64,000 nucleotides of DNA from Eledone cirrhosa (taxonomy: Eukaryota). Position 1 is the first letter of the stretch. The number at the start of each line of letters is the position of its first letter. The translations under genes were made by a program, and so were the position numbers. Where the stretch lies: the NCBI GenBank assembly GCA_964016885.1, contig OZ024747.1:67828001-67892000 (forward strand). Direction: 5' to 3'. Below the pieces are notes generated by a model. That model was given only the letters and a program-made list of their open reading frames with translations. It was not told the DNA's origin and did not search any database. Shown in pieces: positions 53,241 to 64,000 of the stretch.

Positions 53241-53468
53241 CCTTGTCTGGCTTTCTGGAGAATAGAGGAAAGGTGTTTCCTCAAAAACCAGTATGACTCT
53301 AAAAACCGGTTTGTCTGTGTGTTAACATACAGAATAGCTGGCCACTCACAATAAAGTGACCAGTGAAAAAACTTGGTACATCTACATATGTATACGTGTG
53401 TGTATTCATATACATACTAGTATTTCAGTATACATATATGGATGTACATCTTTAACTTAATTGTTTAA

Positions 53469-54976
<1,508 letters not shown>

Positions 54977-55662
54977 TACATTATGAAGAGAGAGGAAACA
55001 TTTAGATATAGTTAGTAATAAAAAGTATCATACCTAAGCTGCTCCTAAATTCCTCGACTACGTAGTTTCGTGGCATAAACAAAAACAATATATCAAAGAT
55101 ATAGAGTCCTTGCGAGGTCTGCCGACTTATCAAGAGGATACCTCATTTTACTAGTCTCAAGAACGCGTCTACACGACGTGAGAAAGAATCCCAAAAGGCG
55201 GAGGGGGAGATAGTCACGCGATATAACGGTCGAGAAACAGAGCTAAGCCTCTTATAACCACGAAGAAAATACCACGGAGGCGGAGGGGGTATTCATATCG
55301 AGGCCGTAGAAGAGGTGGTGAAGAAGGCGAAAAGTATGAGTAATGGAAGCTTTCCAGTTGTCCCCACACTTCAAAGATTGCTCGACCAGAGGGAGTTATT
55401 AACAATATATTTAGAAACACACAGATACATGCGGACACACACATATATACATGAATGCATCCGCACCCAACTGTGAGTTAAGGGTGTCAACTTCACCGAT
55501 GTTGCTCAATGAATGACTGGGACAGACCAATTCAGTTGAACTAGACTGAACCAGTATCAGAGTTAAAAATACATTATGAAGAGAGAAGAAACATTTAGAT
55601 ATAGTTAGTAATAAAAAGTATCATACCTAAGCTGCTCCTAAACTCACAGTTGGGTGCGGATG

Positions 55663-55665
<3 letters not shown>
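54977..55665 (-). mobile_element. pLTR-like element: ~1.1 tandem units (period 593 bp) + short inverted end, with variant HHR (55051-55138)
   Basis: 73-bp direct repeat at 54977 and 55570; 55641-55665 is the inverse of 55455-55479. HHR: TCCTC-TTGATAA-GTcGGCA..TGCCAC-GAAA-CTACGTAG-TC-GAGGA. Confidence 0.7.
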
Positions 55666-55737
<72 letters not shown>

Positions 55738-55762
55738 TAGAATTGTAGCTCTGAAATAGCAA

Positions 55763-56051
55763 TATATATATGGATGTAAATATAATGTATTTTGCAATAC
55801 ACTTTATGTTTAATTAAAAGCATTTTGAAGACCGTAAGCTATTGTTTTAAAGTAGTGACAAATTCACTCACTTCGTAGTTGGCCTTGATAAGCTTCAACA
55901 AAAGCGAAACATGTCATGTCGGCTTATCTCCTCCTGTTTGCTGAGATCGAAGTGAGTGAATTTGTCACTACTTTAAAACAATAGCTTACGGTCTTCAAAA
56001 TGCTTTTAATTAAGTATAAAGTGTATTGCAAAATACATTATATTTACATCC

Positions 56052-56060
<9 letters not shown>
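55763..56060 (+). mobile_element. Fold-back element (113-bp arms) with variant HHR in its loop (55881-55924)
   Basis: Arms 55763-55875 / 55948-56060. Loop: GGCC-TTGATAA-GCTT..AAGC-GAAA-CATG t CATG-TC-GGCT. Confidence 0.78.
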
Positions 56061-56098
<38 letters not shown>

Positions 56099-56127
56099 CA
56101 CACACACACATACATATATATATACAT

Positions 56128-56162
<35 letters not shown>

Positions 56163-56165
56163 CAT

Positions 56166-56270
<105 letters not shown>

Positions 56271-57277
56271 TGGTAGCCTTGTGAAGCTGATGAATGCTTC
56301 TTTAAAATGTAGTGTAAAGATTACGTACACTAGGAAGAGTAGGTATGAATCCAAGGAATTCCTTTCTGCAATCTGAATTATGAAATAACCTGGGACATCG
56401 ACGATACACCAGCACTTCAATTGCTGCTGCCACCAACACGATCACCCGCTCCATCCCCAAAGTGTGTGCAGCCCCAGAGTGTGTGCGTGTAGGCCTGTCT
56501 ATGTGTGTATACATGTGTGTTTGTGTGCTCATATGCATGTGTGCATGTTTGTTGGGGTGTGATTGGGAAGAATATGAGGATAATAAGCGGTGACTAGTTT
56601 TTGTTTGAGTTGAATCCCACCCCTCCCTTTCATGCATACATTAACATGTTTATCTTTATCTGGTTTAAAGGCAACGTAAACGCTAAGGCTTGCCTGAATT
56701 CTTTCATATAAAAATACGAGATATAATCTTGATAAACTCCCACCACCAACATTACCACCCTTTAATACAGTATTGAAACAGTCAACATTTTGATGAGTTA
56801 AGTTCTTTTGATGAAATTTAGATTCATATTAAATAACACTGTTGAACAAAGAAAATAATTCAAGAAAAGAGTTATTGAGTAACCTTTATTTATTCAAATC
56901 TGTTGATAAATCCGATAAACCATTTTTCAATGCCACACATACATTTTTTGAAAATCTTTTTTTCAAAATCGTTCTCGTCTACAAATCTAAGTATATTATA
57001 ATTCCTTGACAAATTGTAATTCAATTAAAGAATAAATTTAAATAAAATCTCTCTTCTGACTAGCAAATCTATTTAATGATAATATTAAGTCTCTAATATC
57101 AATTTTTCAATGCTACTGTTACGTTATCTGAAAATCTATTGCATGAGCGTTCCAGTATTGCCGCGACCTATTGTTTGGAGTAAGTAAAAAACAAGTCTCT
57201 ACATAAAATAATATAGCTTTCAATAATAACATTTTCTGTTAAATTGTAATTCAATTAGAGAAGAGATTTAAATGTGT

Positions 57278-57347
<70 letters not shown>

Positions 57348-57549
57348 TCTCTCTCCCTCTCCCTCTCTCTCTTTCTCTCTCTTTCTCTCTCTCCCACTCT
57401 GCCCCTCCTTCACTTGATTGGCTAAATCTATTTAAGGAAGTTTCTTATCATAGTTTGTTTGTAAATAACGGAATTTTTATATTACATAACTGTCTGACTT
57501 TTGTACATATTAGAGTATGACGCATCGTATCTACGTGCAAGTATGATAC

Positions 57550-58400
57550 TGACTACTTCTGCTATATTTCTTGTGAAATGACTTCATTAAAGTACAGAAG
57601 ACCTCATTAAGAGGATGTATTTTGCATATTTCGTAGACGCTGTTGATGATCAGGACAAAATGTGGGGGTCTTCAAATTCGTTGCTTGAAATCTATTAACA
57701 AATTTGATAAGTGGCTTTCAAGAGGAAAAGACTTTATATGACATTTGGTGTGTCTATGTTTGGAGGGGAAAGAGAATCAGAAAACAAAATGATATTTTTG
57801 AATGTCTAAGATAGAAAGACATGTGAAACAACACAAAAGTATTTCGTGCTCAAATGTGCATACTACTATTTGCCCTATACAACATTATAATGCTCTGCCT
57901 GTACCTAAATTACCTTCTAATCTTCCTGATAATCGAGTCATAGTGAAACTCTGGAGTGTGAGTTTGAGCTAGATTAAGGAAATTAGAATACGCCCAAATC
58001 TAGACCTCCAATAGAACTTAAATGATCTCGTTTAAGTTAAACTTGCTCAAGAAAACCAGCGAGCTTCTGGTTTATCTTTTACGACAGTGGAACTTATGGA
58101 ACACAGGAATTAACGTAACCGATTATCATCAAATGTCGCTTTGATTATCTTCAAATCCACCGCTTTCTGAAAGGAATGTAAGATATGCGCCATTTTGTTA
58201 TTTTACGACACATTAAGGTGCTAATGACGGGAGATATTTCATAAATAAACCAAGACAAAACATTAAATTACATATTGCTCATATCTTTCCGTACATACCA
58301 GTTGTATATTGAACACCACTAAATGCAAAGTTATATTCGATTGAATTATAACAATGCAAACTAGTATATTGCTGTTAAAGGTTGTGACCAACGTAGCATG
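57550..58400 (+). pseudogene. Decayed DNA transposase, Chapaev3-like N-terminal region
   Basis: Fragments FCYISCE..RR, YFAYF..DDQDKMW, MTFGVSM, LPVPKLP and NDLV..ELL follow the order of this family's conserved blocks; many stops and frameshifts. Family name assigned from motif recall. Confidence 0.55.
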
Positions 58401-58762
58401 ATATTTTTACTGATTAGTATAGATGGGAATGGTAGGGCATGTTACAATTTTTAAGGCCTCCAAGAGGAAGAAAAGTACACTCAAACCAGAGATATTGCCT
58501 TACTTTCAACAGAACAAACTCCATTGAAGGCCTCCAAAAGCCAAGTGGATTAAGTCGAACAACAAAGTGTGATGAAAGACTGACGTCCGATACGTTGAAC
58601 TTCCCTTTTACTTTTTGAAGCATGAATCTAATAAGACTATTGTTGTGCTATCTCTATTTTAAACCACAATCACACCCGCACACACACACACAAACACTCA
58701 CAAACACACACACACACATACATACAGACAGACATACAGGCACACACCCACACCCCACCCAC

Positions 58763-62040
<3,278 letters not shown>

Positions 62041-62717
62041 ACATTCTTATTTGCATGCGCATATATGTATTTTTATATTCAGATATAAATACCCAAACAT
62101 ATATACACCTACCTACATATATATTCATACATACACGCTTACAAACACAGATGATAATAGTATGGGGGAAAGGGGGGGGGTGGAGAAGGGGGTTATAGTA
62201 AATATATGTTTCAAGAAACATAGAATATTATCTGTATCTGGATCCAATGTATGTTTTTACATAGTTTCAGTGTTAGGAAATACAAGAAATAAGGCAAAAT
62301 TTATGCATTTCAAAATAAGTATACCATTAATTATATGTTAACTAAACTAAAGATAGTTAACATATTGATTTCTAAGGTGTAAATTAGTTAGGTTTATAAT
62401 ATTTGAAGCAGAATTTTGAAGTTAAATAGTAGTAGAGTATTAATTATAGTATAACTAAATTAAAGTTATTAACGTTATGGTATCAATATTAGGAAATGAA
62501 TTTAGTAATAGGGAAAAACCAAATAAAGTATTACATCGGTAGTAGAATATAAATTATAGGTTAACTAAATTAAAAATTATATATTAATTTCTATAGTATA
62601 TGTTAATTAGGTATATAATAAATAAAACAGATATTGTATTTTATCAATAGCAGAATATAATTATATGCAAATAGAAATCAAAATTAATACATATACATAT
62701 ACATATACATACACATA

Positions 62718-62749
<32 letters not shown>

Positions 62750-63263
62750 CATATATACACATATACATACACACATACACATACATATACATACATACAT
62801 ATACATATTTTTTCAAAAATTGCAAAGAATATATTAACTAGGTATACATCCAAAACACATCCCATTCTATGATTACATGACACTCTGCAATCCGTCTGTA
62901 TAAGGATACTAATTTTAAGCCAATTAAATTAAATTTTTAGGTTGACTAAATTTAAAACCAAATTATAAATATATTTCTAAAATGTATATTAATTAGGTCT
63001 ATAATACTAAAAATTATTTCTCTGTCATTGGATACACGATATTTTGTTATATTTTATCTGTAAAGGAATTTTAATAAAAGGTTTAAATAAATTAAAATTA
63101 ATCTATAAATTAAATTACTAAGTATATATTAGTAATATTTAAAGGTTTTTCACAATTTATGATTACACAATATTTTATATTCTCATCTGTAGTAGAATTT
63201 TAATTAAATTAAATTTATAGGTTAACTAACATTTAAATTAAATTAATTTCTAAAATAATGTTA

Positions 63264-63998
63264 TTAATTAGGTTTATAATATTTAAATGTTTTTTTTAGT
63301 TTATGATTACACGATATAATTAATTCCTGTCGTTTATTTAATAGGATATCCTTAGATTTCATTATTTCAAATAGTTCTTGGGAACATAATCTACATTCAT
63401 TTCTATTATTTTGATAAGGGGTGGCTCTTTTGAGCACACTCCAGGTCAAATCATATTCTATATTCTTATTTTTATAACTATTGATTTTTTCTGCTAGAGA
63501 TGTTGTATTAGCCAGTGCGGCATTTTTAAAACTATGCTTGTGGGTATTAAACCTTGTCTTAAAATTGTTAGAGGTAGCTCCTATATATGAGCAAATAGAA
63601 TCTTTAGTTTTAACATTACATTTATAGACTATGTTGTTAACAAGACAATTCCCTTTTAATGGGCAGTTTGCTTTGTTTCTACAGTTACAACCTTTCGTTA
63701 ATTCTGTATTTGAGGAGATATTATGGTTAATTTGATGTACTGGTGGTATACTTATGGTTTTCTTACATTTATATGCATTATAGGCACTTATATTTTGTTT
63801 TATGTTATTTGTTGTAGAGTATGAGAATTTAACTGTAGACCTATTTAAGATTTGATGGTATTTGTGGTTTGGCGGTAAGTTTTTCTCTAGGATATAAAAA
63901 AAATTTTTAGCAATATTATCCTTAATTTGTAAATTAAATGGAGCATTATACCAAGTAACCCGTCTATTACGGTTTCTATGTTGTTTATTATTTTTATT
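63264..63998 (-). CDS. Neptune-type Penelope-like retroelement ORF, C-terminal ~244 aa (continues beyond window)
   Basis: Open from the window edge: RRVTWYNAPFN..LPPNHKYHQILNRSTVKFSYS..GCNCRNKANCPLKGNCL..NIVYKC..YIGATSNNFKTRFNTH..CRLC..LNKRQELIISCNH. The ORF track reports only the last 61 aa. Confidence 0.9.
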   Translation of the reverse strand, partial: NKNNKQHRNRNRRVTWYNAPFNLQIKDNIAKNFFYILEKNLPPNHKYHQILNRSTVKFSYSTTNNIKQNISAYNAYKCKKTISIPPVHQINHNISSNTELTKGCNCRNKANCPLKGNCLVNNIVYKCNVKTKDSICSYIGATSNNFKTRFNTHKHSFKNAALANTTSLAEKINSYKNKNIEYDLTWSVLKRATPYQNNRNECRLCSQELFEIMKSKDILLNKRQELIISCNHKLKKTFKYYKPN

Positions 63999-64000
63999 AT

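Larger units (their letters stand above)
51752..53468 (+). mobile_element. Retrozyme-like / non-autonomous Penelope-like array: inverted partial unit + 2.8 tandem 467-bp units
   Basis: Units start at 52161, 52628 and 53095, with an inverse copy at 51752-52160. Copies are almost identical, have no ORF in the track, and are embedded in (TA)n. Confidence 0.88.

Noticed and set aside
52161-53468. Regular repeats as a CRISPR array
   Set aside because: Whole 467-bp units are identical with no unique spacers, there are no cas genes, and the context is eukaryotic.
56297-56330. Isolated CTGATGA (also TCATCAG at ~9091 and ~47929)
   Set aside because: No stem II followed by GAAA; expected by chance.
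58414-58623. 69-aa ORF as a Tc1/mariner or host gene fragment
   Set aside because: No diagnostic motif.

Overview
AT-rich eukaryotic (metazoan) DNA with no recognisable host gene. The huge (TA)n/(TATG)n/(CA)n tracts and the SINE types resemble a cephalopod/octopus genome (inference). Most ORFs in the track are microsatellite artefacts. The real coding remnants are all transposon-derived: two R4/Dong-like RT-RLE non-LTR elements docked in (TATG)n, three Penelope-like (GIY-YIG) ORF segments, CRE, RTE and CR1-like LINE ends, a Helitron 3' end and a decayed Chapaev-like transposase, plus many SINEs and MITEs. The most striking signal is a swarm of short non-coding elements in or beside (TA)n tracts. 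They are built as fold-back palindromes and/or partial tandem repeats and carry type I hammerhead ribozyme (HHR) motifs: about 30 motifs by eye, from more than 10 unrelated sequence families. These include a very young 467-bp tandem HHR array (retrozyme-like) and two HHRs with a compensatory U3:A8 core. All structures were folded by eye and need computational confirmation.
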